A stretch of 64,000 nucleotides of DNA from Chara braunii. Its lineage: Eukaryota > Plantae > Charophyceae. A model generated the notes under the pieces. It was not told the origin of the DNA. It saw only the letters and a list, made by a program, of their open reading frames with translations, and made no database searches. The stretch lies in NCBI GenBank assembly GCA_003427395.1, contig BFEA01000028.1:5156183-5220182 (forward strand). The letters run 5' to 3'. Numbering within the stretch: position 1 is the stretch's first letter; every line of letters begins with the position of its first letter. A program made the translations under genes and the position numbers. Below, piece after piece: positions 12,276 to 25,837 of this stretch.

Positions 12276-13418
12276 TTAACGAATTGGGGGACGGGCGGAG
12301 GCGGAGGGGGACGTGGATCGAGATCGGGAACGGTGCCTTGTCGTCGCGGCTCCCGAGGTCATGGCAGTAAGGTCTCCATGTTCCGGCTTGGGCGGCTCGG
12401 GATCCTTGAAAGGATCGTTCGGTGCGGGATCGATCGCCAACCGCTTTCCTTCTGCGATCTCTTTTTTGCGCTGCGCAGCAGCCTCCGGGTTCTCCTCTCG
12501 CCTTTCCGGTCCTGGCACCCACTCGAGCTCGTCGTGCGTTGGCTCCTGGTCGTCCCCGCTTTCCACTTCTTCGTCGTCTTCGTCCTCCTCCTCACTTTGC
12601 TCGCCCTCGCTGTACTCGCTACAGGCCTCTTCCTCGTCCTAAGAAGTCTCCTCCTCTTCTTCTTCTTCTTCTTTTTCTTCTTCTTCTTCTTCTTCTTCTT
12701 CTTCAGCTTCAGCTTTCGCCGACTCTTCTTCTGGTTCGCGCTCTTCTTCCTCGTCCTCGGCCAATCGGGCCGCTGCTTCCCCGGCCTCTCTCCTCAATTC
12801 TCCTTCCGATTCCTCTTCCGCCTCCTCTTTTGCTCTTAGCGCCGCCCACTCGAATGTCGTTGGTTGCCGAAAGAAGCGGGGATTAGTTAGGCTGTGGACG
12901 TCCAGGTACTCGCTACGGGAGGGAAAACGGTCGTTCGCCCAACGCTCCTCGATACAAGCCGACCACTGGAGGCTCGGGGCGAGAGTCCTTGAGAGGGTAT
13001 GTGGCACGGGTTCTTCGTCGCTCTGGAAGACGATGTCGAAAGGGAGTTCGTCGGCCAATCGCGCGATCAGGATCGTAAGTTCACGCACGATCTGTGATCG
13101 GTTTTCTCGATCCACTGCTCCAAAGACGAATCCCAAAAGATCTCCCGCCACGTTGGTCCTCCACGCCTGAATGACGAGCAACTCCACAATCTCTGATGCG
13201 GGCCTCTGATCGCCTTCCCACTTCCATTTCAGATCCACTCGTAGCAGGCAAAACGAGAGCTCGACAAATTCTGCACGCCACAACCTCCAGTGGTCCGGAT
13301 CAACAAGGGGTACTGTCAGTGGCTCCAGACGGAAGGAGAGACGAGGGTAGTGAGAGGACTGCCAGAAGATGGGGAAGAGAGAGGGAGGAGAGAACGTCGA
13401 GATCGGCTCGCGGCTCAT
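12276..13418 (-). CDS. Gypsy accessory ORF Y (LLVIQAWRT..DLLGFVFG domain plus acidic tail), one internal TAG
   Basis: Track ORFs 12639-13517 and 12276-12566 share a frame; its ATG overlaps the ORF X stop (ATGA). Confidence 0.7.
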
Positions 13419-13897
13419 CTGCGCGGCTGGAAGGGAGCAAGTTCTGGGAGGACGACAGGTGGCTCGCGTAGCGTCGTGCGCAGCGTGTTGACTTCGATGC
13501 CGTCGACAGGATAGCACTCGTCACCGTGCCTTGTGAGCCGTCGATCCCAANCAGTGGCCAGATCGCGACCCCACCGGTACAAGGTGCTTTTGATGGCGGC
13601 TTGCCGCGCCGGATCGAAGGCGGTGATGTCGCCGCTGAAGACTACCACGGTACACACGTGGCTGATTCCCGAGGCCGTTCACCGTTGGAACGCCGTTGCC
13701 TCGGCCAGCACCACTACCTGGGGATTGCTCATGAATCGGAATTCTATCGCGCCGTATACACCCGCAGTGCAGAAGAACTGCGCAAGGCGCATGACGTCGG
13801 GGCTGATCAGCGGATAATGCACTTGGCGGATGGCTGAGATCTCTCCTCGTGGCATCAGCAACTGATTACTGAAAGCTCGCTTGATGGCGAAACTCAT
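13415..13897 (-). CDS. Gypsy accessory ORF X, unknown function (160 codons, one internal TGA)
   Basis: MSFAIKRAFS...PFQPRR; its ATG overlaps the pol stop (ATGA). Confidence 0.6.
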
Positions 13898-15280
13898 GGC
13901 GATGGCGGGGGTGACGGGGTGGCAGAGAGGGAGCAAGAAAGGGAGAGAGATGGTGGAGAGTCCGAGACGTCGTCGTCGGCTTCTTCAGAAAGAGAGATCG
14001 AGGGAGAGGGAGACAGAGCAGAGGGAAGGAGGCGAAGATAGGACACGTGGCGTGTGATCGGACGAGCCGATCGATTGCCAGAGACTTTAGGGGCGAGACG
14101 CACGGTGTCCACGCCGTTGGGGCCGAGCTCGATCACGTGATATCGCCCGAAGAATCGTGGCGCTAGCTTACCCTGGCAAGCACATTTCCTCACCTGCACC
14201 ACGTCCCCAATTTGTACTGGGGCTGCGGACCCGCATTCCCATTTCGGGCCTCGTAGCTCCGGACCTGTCGGCCCTGGGCTAGTTCGGTCATTTTCTGTCG
14301 CTTTCAGGCTAGCCTGGGCATCGACCGTTCCATTAACTCTAGGTGCCGTTTGGCCTTGTCCCGAGCCGTAGCTCTGGTGGGCCGTCGGTTCAATGTAGAC
14401 TCATCCGGGAGGCTTGGTATCGAGACGCAAGCGACACTATTGGTCCTTAATTGGAAGGGGCTCAGCCCCGTCGATTCGTGGGGCGTTCCGCGATGGACCG
14501 CCAGGATGTGATCGACGATATCGGGCCAGGGTCTCGGATACTGTGCCGCGATGTTTCGTCGCAACGCTGTCTTTATTACCCGGTTAGCGTTTTCGACCAG
14601 CCCATTGGACTGTGACATGTGGGGGGCAGTGTTCCGTATGGCGACTCCATGTAGGACCAGATTCCTTAATACGTCTCCCCTGAATTCAACCCCGTTGTTG
14701 GTCAGGATTTCTTCCGTATCCTGATGCATCCCGAGGAAACGGTTGACATATCGTGCGATTTCCGTGGCTTGCCGCGTGCGACAAGGATACACTTCGATCC
14801 ATTTCGAGAAATGGTTGACACATACCAATAGGACTGAATATTCGCAACTATTAGGGCCAGGGGGCACCACTATGTCGGTAGTGTCCATGCTTACTCTCTG
14901 AAATGGCCGTTCAACAACCGTGGGCACTATCGACCTTGGCGGCTGAATCGGCGCTTTATCAGCGGTGCAGACTTGACAGGTGGCGACGATGTACTTCACA
15001 TCGTCGCGGATATTGGACCGTACCACTCATTTTTGTCGATAGCGGACTCCGTGATTCGTACAGCAAAATGAGCCGCAGTTTCCTCGTGGGCTGTCTTAAC
15101 CCAGTCATACCGCATGAACGGATGCGGCACCATCATCCAAATCCCACTACCATCCGTTTTCCGTTTTTCTAATCTACCCTCTATCCATCGATAATCCCGA
15201 GCCCTTTCGTTGGCCCTCCTCCGATCTTCCTTGGTGAAATCCTGGAGGGGGTTACCTACTAGGGTGACAATTAAGGCAAT
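13894..15280 (-). pseudogene. Integrase (HHCC, rve core, GPY/F-like tail) of gypsy pol
   Basis: AHEETAAHF..CQVC, PFQRVSMD, FSKWIEVYP, TNNGVEF, SNGLVENANR, KLAPRFFGRY; internal stops. Confidence 0.92.
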
Positions 15281-16030
15281 NNNNNNNNNNNNNNNNNNNN
15301 NNNNNNNNNNNNNNNNNNNNNNNNNNNNNNNNNNNNNNNNNNNNNNNNNNNNNNNNNNNNNNNNNNNNNNNNNNNNNNNNNNNNNNNNNNNNNNNNNNNN
15401 NNNNNNNNNNNNNNNNNNNNNNNNNNNNNNNNNNNNNNNNNNNNNNNNNNNNNNNNNNNNNNNNNNNNNNNNNNNNNNNNNNNNNNNNNNNNNNNNNNNN
15501 NNNNNNNNNNNNNNNNNNNNNNNNNNNNNNNNNNNNNNNNNNNNNNNNNNNNNNNNNNNNNNNNNNNNNNNNNNNNNNNNNNNNNNNNNNNNNNNNNNNN
15601 NNNNNNNNNNNNNNNNNNNNNNNNNNNNNNNNNNNNNNNNNNNNNNNNNNNNNNNNNNNNNNNNNNNNNNNNNNNNNNNNNNNNNNNNNNNNNNNNNNNN
15701 NNNNNNNNNNNNNNNNNNNNNNNNNNNNNNNNNNNNNNNNNNNNNNNNNNNNNNNNNNNNNNNNNNNNNNNNNNNNNNNNNNNNNNNNNNNNNNNNNNNN
15801 NNNNNNNNNNNNNNNNNNNNNNNNNNNNNNNNNNNNNNNNNNNNNNNNNNNNNNNNNNNNNNNNNNNNNNNNNNNNNNNNNNNNNNNNNNNNNNNNNNNN
15901 NNNNNNNNNNNNNNNNNNNNNNNNNNNNNNNNNNNNNNNNNNNNNNNNNNNNNNNNNNNNNNNNNNNNNNNNNNNNNNNNNNNNNNNNNNNNNNNNNNNN
16001 NNNNNNNNNNNNNNNNNNNNNNNNNNNNNN
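15281..16030. other. Assembly gap within pol (RNase H region)
   Basis: Run of N. Confidence 1.
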
Positions 16031-19000
16031 CATACTCGATGACGTGTTCGCGACCATCGTTCCCCTTCTGCGCTAGGATAGCGGAAATAGCTTCCGGTTG
16101 CCAGTCCGTGATGAGAATGAACTGCTTCGAGGGGTCCGGTCGAATCAAAATAGGGGNCGTTGCCAGAGCGTCCTTGAGGGTTGCAAANGCCTGCTGGCAC
16201 TCCGCGTCCCAGCTGAGAGGCTGGTCCTTCCGTANCAGATTNGTTAGTGGTCGTGCAATCGCGGCAAAGCCNTTGATGAAGCGNCGGTAGTACGACGCCA
16301 GTCCCAAGAAGGCTCGAACCTGCGTCAGTGACGTAGGAACCGGAGCTTCCTTCACCGCCGCAACTTTTCTCGAATCTGGCCGCAATCCTCCACGTGTCAC
16401 NACATAGCCCAAGAACGAAATTTNCGAGANGAAAAATTCGCTCTTCTNAAGCNCAATCTTGAACCCAGCGTCTCTCAATGCACCCAATGTCCATTCGATG
16501 TGTTGCGCGTGCCCGTGATAGGTTTCCGAATAGAACAGGATGTCGTCCATGTACACGATCACGCAGAAGTTAATAATTCCTTGCGTCAGCCGTGTCTTGC
16601 TGACGAAGTTCTGGAACGTCATGTTCATCGCTCGCTGAAACGTGGCAGGCGCATTGCAAATCCCCATCGGACACCGAACCCACTGCCACGTGCCCTCAAA
16701 CAACACAAAGGCCGTTTTCGACCGATCTTCTTCCCTTACCAAAATATGATGGAAGTCATGCCGGATATCAAACTTGCTGAAATAATTAGCGCATCCAATC
16801 GCATCCAACAGATCATCAATCCGGGGGAGGGGATACACATCTTTGATCGTGATTTCATTCAGCTTGCGATAATCAATGCAAATGCGAATCGCTCCGTTCT
16901 TCTTTGGTACTAACACCACGGGAAAGGACCAAGGTCCGGTAGCGGGTTCAATCCAGCCGCTGGCTTCAAACTCCCGAATTCGTTCGAGAGCCTTTTTGCG
17001 TTCAATCAAGGAGTAGCGATAAGGTTTGCAATGAATCGGGGTGCGATTTCCTGTCTGAATTTCATGTTGGATTACCAACGACAACCCAATGTCAGTGTCT
17101 GACACACTAATCGCTCCTTGATATTCCGTTAGAATATCCGCAATTACCCGGTGAATTTCATCCGGCACATATTGTGGAACGTGCAGTTCACAAAGCTGAT
17201 CCCAGATCCGAACGTCAATCTGTTTCGTGTTCGCCTGTTTTGTCAAGTCGGGTGGAGGCGCCAAGATGAATGAATGATCCGATCGCCAGGAGAACACCGT
17301 GACCATCATCTGAGCATCTTCTTCTCGGATTGCCACGTGTCCTTCCGGGGCAATCCCGTCACAAACATCCTGCCATGGCACTTCCTTAGTTGCGATCTTT
17401 ATCCCCAGTCCGTCTATTTCCGCTTCAAAACGCCCAGGGGGTTCCAGAGAGCTTGCTTTCGCCCCCAAGCGTAACAATCTCACTTCTTTAGCCGAGGTTA
17501 GTAAGGACTTGGGTAGATCCGTAATGTCACGGTAATGCTTCTTGTCGCTGTACCGGGCGAGGAGAGGGATGATTCCTTCGTACAGAGTTTGAGGGGGTTC
17601 CAAATAATCGACCATCCTCGAAATCTGCACGAGGGGCTCACCCAAGATCATCGCCTTGGTCCTTTGAATTTTTTTGCTGGTTAGTTGCATCGTTCTCGCT
17701 ATCGTTTTGGGTGGCGGGTAACAAACACGTTGTCGTGCCAATTTCAAGATCTCCGGATCATCCTCGTCACTGCTTTCCGCATCATTTGTTGATGACTTCT
17801 CTTTTGCGGATTTCTCCCAGGAGATCATGCGGAGAGTTCCTGCCATCATCGGCGAAACCCGCGGAACCGCGTTAATAGTAGTGCGAAGGGTCAATCGCAT
17901 GGGCACAGCGTAGGGTTTTCCCCCGGTATTTCGGAGGATGATCGATCGTCGTTCGAAGTCCAGGTTTGCTCGTAATGCCACAAGAGCGGGAAGTCCGAAG
18001 AGAATGTCGTACGTATTGACATCTAGTACTACGACATCCCCAAGCGCATGCACTTTACCCAATCGGAAAGCGACATTGGTCATTCTTCCCACGGTTTTAA
18101 TTCTTTCTTCGTCAGCCGAAACGAGCTGATCTTTCTCAGGAAGCGTGATCAGGTCGTTTTTCCTACCTGCCCTTTCGACCACTCTCAGTGAGATAGCCAA
18201 CACAGCTGCTCCCGAATCTATAATGGCATTGTAAGGAATTCCCGAAATTTCTATATCGCACTCGGTGGATTTCCACGGAATTGGTTTAATCCGCAGAAAA
18301 TGATCATCTTTCTGGATTAAACCTGCCCGTATCGGATTCGACATACTTGCGGGGTTTTCTTCGGGCACGGGGCTTTTGGCTTTCACGTTCGGGGTTCGGG
18401 CAAGGGCGAATCGCTTTCGGTTCACTTTGCAATGCTGTAACATTCGCTCATTGGCTTGCTCGACGATCGAGAGTAGATGACCAATCGAAAGGGGAATCCG
18501 ATGGTCCAAAGCTCGGATGATGTTTAATACATCAATTTCCCCTGTGACGAAGGTGGGTCCTCCCGATTCCATTTCTCCTACAGACGGTCGCCATTCCGCC
18601 ACCTCTTTCGGTTCTGGTGCTGGTCGGATTGTTCCGATCATTCCAAGCCCAGGATATCCTAGCGATACGTACTGGTCTAGCGGGATTAGCTTGGTGGCCT
18701 CTTCCGAGGTAGCCAGGGCACTTCCCCCACCCTCTATTTATTCCATCAGGGCTCCGACTCGTCTAGGTCTGTTGGCAATGGGAGTTGCAGCCATAGGTGC
18801 GCCTCTGATCCGCTGTTGTGGGGGTCGGTGGGGGCAATCACGGGCTAGATGTCCGGGCTGATGACAGGCGTAGCAAACATTCAGATTGTTCGCAGCTCCC
18901 CCGAGAGCCGGGGCTGGGGCTAATCCTTGCTGCATCGGAGGGGCACGCACCGCAATGGGTCGCATGTTCCTCATCATGGCTTCCAACCGAGCATTGTGCT

Positions 19001-19898
19001 CTCGTTGCTCCTTTTTGCTTTCTTGGATCAAACTAATCAAAGTTTTGGTTAGTTCGAAAATGGCCGCCGATTCGTTTGATCGTACTGGAGCCTCAACCGG
19101 CGGCGGGGGTAATGCCCTGACGGGCGGGGGCATCATAGGAGCAGAGATGCTTAGAGTCTCACTTAGGATTACTCGTTTGGGGCCTATCTGTTCCATATAG
19201 GTGACAGGTCCTGATACAAACCCCATGTTTTCAAATTTGTTCTGTAAAGCAGCCAGCTCTGACCTCGCTCGTGCGAGCTCGGTCGAATCTCCGTCTCTAG
19301 GGTAGTCTTCTCCTTCCAGGAAGTTCGCCGCGAACTTCCGTTCCATTTCTTCTGCAGCAGCCATGATTTGTTGTAGCGTGTGAGTGATGGGGGAAAATTG
19401 CTTCCGCAACTTAGCCCTTATCGTTCGGCTGCGAAGTCCACCAATGAATAGATCTCTCCCTACTTGCTCACCTCGCTCAGTTCTTACGAACATTCTGTAG
19501 AACCGGTTTCAATATTCCGCGACGGATTCGAGCGGTTTTTGCACTCGGTCCTTGATCATGTACAGCGCTTGCTCAGGGTGGACATAATCAAATCGGTTCA
19601 TGAAATCCCTTTCGAAGGTCGGGAGATCGACCCACACGTAGGTGCTAAACCAATGATGAGCTTCTCCCCCCAATCGGGCGGGAATGTTGATCTGCGCTTC
19701 ATTGTCAGTATACTGTTGGACTCTAAGTGTGGCCAGCCATGCTCCTGCGAGATGGTGCGCCGGATCAAATAGATAGAGATCAGGTGGCGTCATGGGAGCT
19801 CGTGCACGTGGGGTGGGTTGATTAGGTGGATTAGCATTTTGTTGCGGAACCGGATTCTGCACATTGGCAGCCATATTGGCTGCTCGTCGGTTCGCCAA
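16031..19898 (-). pseudogene. gag-pol polyprotein: Gag with CCHC knuckle, aspartic protease, RT, start of RNase H
   Basis: CYACHQPGHLARDC; AIIDSGAA; RICIDYRKLN, YPLPRIDDLL, PMGICNAPATFQ, YMDDIL; ITDWQPEAISAIL; all in one frame with two premature stops (19509, 18738). Confidence 0.96.
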
Positions 19899-20327
19899 TC
19901 TGCTTCAAGTGACGATAGGGTCGCGTCTATGCGCGCTCCGGGGGTGAGGTCGCCCATGGTTAGCCAGGTCGCCTAATTAACTTGCTATCAATCCTAAGAC
20001 CCTAGCCACGTTGTAAGGAAACCCGGGGAGGGGCACCTACTGTTCGCTGAAGCCAAGGGCTACAGCGCCTGTCACTCACTGTGCCCGCTTCCGAGGTCCT
20101 CAGCGATGAGCAGGGGATATGGGGTTGAACAATCTGTCTTCCCCCCTCCTTTTAATGATGGACTTGGAACTCTCAACTGATCATGTGAATTCAATGAAAG
20201 TCTGTACTCAAATAAGATGCTCACAATGAAAGCTTAGACCATAATAAAGAGCTCTAAGTTTGGTTGCATATCTCGAACTCACTCTCTCGAGCGAGCGGTC
20301 AGAAGCGTGAGAGCGCCTCACGCTGCA

Positions 20328-20341
20328 CCCGTCAACAGCCA
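20328..20341 (-). promoter_or_regulatory. Candidate primer-binding site (tRNA-Asp-like)
   Basis: AAACA-GATT-TGGCTGTTGACGGG about 430 nt upstream of gag; resembles the Athila-type PBS TGGCGCCGTTGCCGGGG (recalled). Confidence 0.45.
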
Positions 20342-23300
20342 AATCTGTTTTTTTTTTTTTTTACAACACATTACGGTTAATCGTTTATCTCAATTCACCA
20401 ACTTTTGACACTCGAGCACGAAGTATGATCAACAGTAGTAGGCAACGTTTTCATTTAGGAGTAGGCCAGCAGACAGACCCCTAGCCCCGTGGAGAGAAAA
20501 CCCAGCCGATTTGTTGAGTTCATGAATCCTCCCTCGCTGTGTTTATAAGAACTTTGCGGGAAATTGTAGGTTGCAACCCACAGTCCTTCATTCTCACAAT
20601 GCTTCTAAGCGCACGTAGTACTGGCCTGGCAGGTCCGATCTGAGCAAGAGTTGTCCGTTGCCAAAGATTTATGCAGTACCGGGCTGAGGTGATGTTGGAA
20701 GGCCCCTGATCTGAACTCAATCAAACTCTCGTGGCGAACTGATTAGACATCAGTAGAATAGTTAGCAGCAGTTGCTGCCCCCGCTTTCCTCTCGTGAGCC
20801 AGATTACCATGCGAACCTGATTGATGATTAATGCCATCGTGACTATAACCCACTGCCAATGAAGAACACTAGCAAGTCGACTCAGCGCGCAATACACACC
20901 AGAGGAACCCTTGTGTAGTGACATCAACCACAGTATCAAGGATTGCACCTACGGCTACAAACAGCCCCCTTCCTGATTGTCCACCCACGTAGGCTGATGA
21001 GAGACCGCCACGTGGCCAACCAAAAACTTATATTGTAAGTGTGTGTCCGTATCATGTTCCCACAACACCAACATCAAACAGGTACACAGGCGCCCAACAG
21101 ATGAGTCAGAGGTTGCTGGTCTGCAGTGCGCACGGGTGTGCGAGTGCAACGAGGTCCCGCCAGTGACACAGGAGGCTCTGTGCACAATGTGCGTGATGAT
21201 TAATTGTCTGTTGTTCCCCCGGTAATTGTCCGCGCTTTCCCCGTCAATTGCGCAGGCAGACGTGGCGTGCTTTCACCATGCCCTTAACACCGCTCCTCCT
21301 TGAGTGCGTGCGTGACTGGGCGTATAACCATATGATACGCCTTCTTTCTCTCTCCATTTTGAGATCACATAACTCCCACTCTATTCCTCCCCCATGGACA
21401 GAGACGGCTCATGCTTGCTCCTATGAAGATCATCTAACTCTGCGAGGGAGCACATCCCGTAGATTGAGTTACAGCTCGCTGCCGTGACCGTTTTACGGAG
21501 TTTGGAGGAGGGTCATTGACTTTTCCTGGACATAAACACTATGTACTCTCTCCGTAATTTTCCATTTTCTTTTCCTCCCTCTTCATGCTACTTTGTGTGG
21601 AATGAGTATCAAAATGTTTGGCAAACCCTTGTGCCACGTGTCATATCTCTAGTCTCCAACAACTTGACCGTGCAAGTCAATCTGCCACGTGCATCAACTC
21701 ATGAGCAGCTAGAAGCCCACTTCATGATTGATCGGTGAAGTCCAAAGGGCATTCCTGCAACTTGAACCCAATGTTTTCTCTACTTGGAATCAAGCCCTTG
21801 TTCTCGGCATATCCAAGCTAGATATATGAATAAAGAAAAATAAAACAATTGGTTAAACTGTCTTTCCAAGACAGAGGTAGATTCCTCCTACGCCTTGACT
21901 TCCGTTATATATACATTTCCAAATGTTGACGTACCTGTCTCGGCAGGATGGTTGGATGCATTCACGATATGCAACAGAAGAGAGGCAGGGGTTGTGACCC
22001 ATCTGAGCATATGTGGGTGTCTTCTCGCATGGACATGTCCCCGTGTATTGAGCAGTGAATGTACTTGGCTCCTGATCATGGCCAGATCCTGTCACTAGTC
22101 AGTCTATCACCCAGTCGAGCTTAGAGTTTAGTGCCACATACAGTACGTTGCTACTGTCCATGTCTCGTCAGTCCTACCGTGTTTCCACTTGTCACGCGTG
22201 CATCACTCTCTCCCTTTCTCTCTCTCTCTCTCACACACACACGCACACGGGTCAATTAGCACAGGCTCCAATTCGAATGTATCTGTCCTCACTTAGGGCC
22301 TGATGCATGCAGCTCATAAACAACTGCTTTCTTTCTCGCGCTCTGCCCCTTTCGCCACCACTTTCTCTCTTCTCCGCCAGCGCGCTCACTCCCTGCTTAG
22401 CAGCTCATTCACTTTGGCGCGACCTCTCACTCACCCTCTCGCGATTCTCACTTTCCTTCTCTAGCGAATTTCTCTGGCTGACATGCGTGAACCTGCTGAG
22501 GCTGTCACTTCAAACTCAAATGCACTTGAGCGTGATCACGGCCCGATGCATCCACTTACAAGTAAATAAATAAATTAATTAATTAATATGGGAAGGTCCT
22601 TTCTTTCTCTCTCTCTATCACCTTCTTGGCATCTCCGTCCTCGCTCTCACGCTCACACACGTTCGATCAATCCCTTCCTCTCCCTCACTCTCTCTCACTC
22701 GCATCCTCGGCCCCACTTCCGCTCTCATTCACTTTCTCGCATGCACGCATGAAAGCTTTACCATTTTGTGCCCTTGCCCACAAGCGGATTCGCATTAGCT
22801 CAAAATTAGTTGTACTTGCCCAGAATTGGGACAGGTGCATAATCAAAACTGAAAAAGTAGGCAAATAAACCCATTTTTTTAAACCTCCATCGAGTAAATA
22901 CTCAAATGGTGGATCTATTCTTAGCTGTGCGAGCCATGCAGGATGCAGTTTTCCGATTATGAGCACTCCCCTACCTGCCACGTCTTATGCCTAGTGAACA
23001 ACATGCATTATTCTCTCTCTCATTTTCTAAGTACACTCTTTCTTTGTGACTGCTCTTTACTCCTGACTTTTTTTTCCCACGAGTACCTAGGTGTCTCCAC
23101 CTCTATTTTTAGTAGATATTGACTGTCAGCTTCCCAGTGTGAGAATACATACTAACATTCGGCTCCTTTCTGCTCACGGAGGGCGTATAGCCTGATTCTA
23201 TCATTTTCGTCACTTCAAGAATTATCAATCGATAGCCTTCTTGGCAAACATTAGAGGTCAAGTTGACGTGTTCATTTGATCTCAATCTCCCGTACAAACC

Positions 23301-24847
23301 ACAACTAGGTCACAACTGCTCGTAATCGTTAGTGTTCTCACTCAGTCGCAATTTGCAATCTGATGAGTCAAGCACAGTCTCTGATTAGCCGTAGTTAATT
23401 ACCCTACTTGATTGGCCGTAACTGCTAATTGACCGTTGTGCTTGACTGAATGCGGTACTTGAATTAGCAGCCACTGTGTACACCTTGAACATGAGCCGTG
23501 TTGTGGGCGGTGTACGCCAAGCACGCTGGTCTTGTCCTCTCCCCGAATGACCCCCCTTGTCAACTGGTCTCGGCTATATGCGGACTGCCGCCCTCGCTGT
23601 GGCCTCAGCAGACCGATGGTACCTGAGAATCCAGGATCTCAGACCCGGAGTAGTGACGGTACCAACGCAGTCCATGAAAGTCAAGCGGTACCAGCAGGTC
23701 GCCCCAAGTACCGGACCGTATCCGCAATTACTGNAGTAGGCACATAGCGTTAGGCAACAGCGAACCAGGAGCATCGAGGCCTTGACATTNTGAATATTGA
23801 CCATACCAAGCCGCANTAAGCTGCCCCATCTCCAAGTAGTGACCACACCATCCTCAGACTTGATGCCGAACCAATGGNCAAACCTGATTAATGAGACAGT
23901 TCATGGTGGCTATGTTCACCGTCTGTGGGATGGNTATCTCTCTCTCCTCTGAAAATGGCGGGATGGGTATTCCTCTCTTCTCTGAAAATGGGTGCTCTCG
24001 TGACCAACGGGAAACCAGTTTCGCACCAGGAACCAAGTTCACANGCTCAATTGTTGTAATCCCAAACAGTGAGTGTAACGTTAGCGTACCAGATCCTTTA
24101 TACGAGCTNGTGGCCAGGCTGGTCCCAAGCCTCCGAGCCTGATTGTCGAGTGATGCCNNACATACCTTGCCAGCCAACAGAGCAATCGAACCACGTGGTC
24201 ATATCGATCTTGTGACCGTACCGTACTGCCCAGTGAACAACGCATTGCCAAACCAAGACCGAACTTTACCAACGCTGCTCACCGCCGATAAAAGAATCAC
24301 TGCAGTAGTGCCGGCCCCCGGGTCTGAAAGTAGCCGAGCCTGCAATTAATGCAGCGGCGCGTACCTCTCTGATGTCGAACCACTGCTGAGTCTGCAAAAT
24401 ATCGAACACCGCAAAATACCACAATAGCCCATCCCCGTTCCACACTGTAGCAGCTCCTACGGAATACCGCGGAATGTAGACGTCGACCCTGAGTGTCGTG
24501 TCCTCACCGAATTATCACCGAACTTGAACCATACCAACCTCAAGGTAATACCTCGCCTGAAAATAAATCAGGTTCCGAACCTGGTAATAAATGTCGGTGA
24601 TGTGTCCGAACCTGAAGTACGCTGATACTGAGCTCATGCCGAACCAGAACTATGTCTGGCTCTGAGCCAAATACCACACTGTCGGTACAAAGTAGCACCA
24701 TCCCACGCCGTCCACTCGGACATCAAAGTAATCAGGTAAATCAGGAAAGTGACAGGGAAAATCTCGACCATCAGGGAATTGTGAAAAAGGTTTGAACCCA
24801 GAAAAAAAACGATCAATCCAGGAATAGAGCTAATGGTGGATAATCCA

Positions 24848-25833
24848 GCGCTTCTTCATGCGGCCGCAACGATACTCTGATTAATGGGCGCCCTTAATCG
24901 TGTGTGTAACTGTAATTCTGGGCGGGCGCCATTGTAACTGTATCTTTCTTCTTGCACTTCGACTCTCCCGCCCTCCCTCTCTTTCTTTTGCTGAAATTTT
25001 GTAAGTCGCGGGTTGCATGCTCGGATCGATGCGTGGAGAAGGGTTACGTCCCCCACGCCGCGGCCGATCATGCAGAACGCAGGCGTTCCCTCTCTAATCC
25101 TCACTCTAAGTCCTGGTAATTCCGTGTTCTTCGCGCATGCATGCGCGCTATAAATTTCGGCTGCGCGATTGGTCAGCTCTCTTAACCCGTTGTTGGAAGC
25201 TCGGGGTTGCGCGATCAGGAAGGGTCGGCACACGAGCGAAGTAAGAGGTGAGTAGAGTAGGAGTTGGGCGACCCGACAGGATGGTGCCGAACGCACGGGA
25301 TTGACGTGGGCCACGACGGACTGTGGGCACGGGCGAATCCGACGGGTGCGGGCCGCGCGGCAGGAAAAATCCTAATTACTAAATTCCTAAATTCCTATCT
25401 AATGCGAAAAAGCAATAAAAAGCACGGATTCCAGAAGGAAAGTCCGAAATTCCGAGAGCCATCGGGGTCTCGACAAAATTCGAAAAAGATTTTAAATGGA
25501 ATTTCAAAAAGAACGAAGCAATTTCTCGCGCGATGTCCGCACCCAAAAAATTGAAACCGAACCGAAAGAAACGACGTCAACCTTTATTACTCGCGCGCGT
25601 GGTGGCGCGTCAGACATCCATTCGACCAATCACTCCACCGTCCGTCCCAAGACACACCCGACCCCGTGCTTGGCCATTCGAAAAAGAAACGACGAAAAAG
25701 GACGAAAAAGCGAGGACACTGATGCAATTCTCCACCGATCCCGATCTCCCGTAATTGGTCCAATCTTCCCAGCTTAGGACCCCTCATTGCAACCGCGCAG
25801 AAAATCACACGTTACAGAAAGTGGTTCGTCACA
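24848..25833. repeat. Rearranged copy of the LTR 5' kilobase: direct 25351-25833 plus inverted 24848-25350
   Basis: Near-identical ORF-track peptides (MAHVNPVR...) on opposite strands at 10536 and 25314. Confidence 0.9.
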
Positions 25834-25837
25834 GCCC

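Larger units (their letters stand above)
9149..25833 (-). mobile_element. Ty3/gypsy-type retroelement insertion (16.7 kb)
   Basis: TGTGACG...CGTCACA termini; TSD GCCC at 9145-9148 and 25834-25837; removing the insertion restores the LINE frame K-C-P-G-F-D-G. Confidence 0.93.

Noticed and set aside
12237-12886. Plus-strand poly-Phe/Leu ORFs
   Set aside because: Antisense shadow of the acidic tail of ORF Y.
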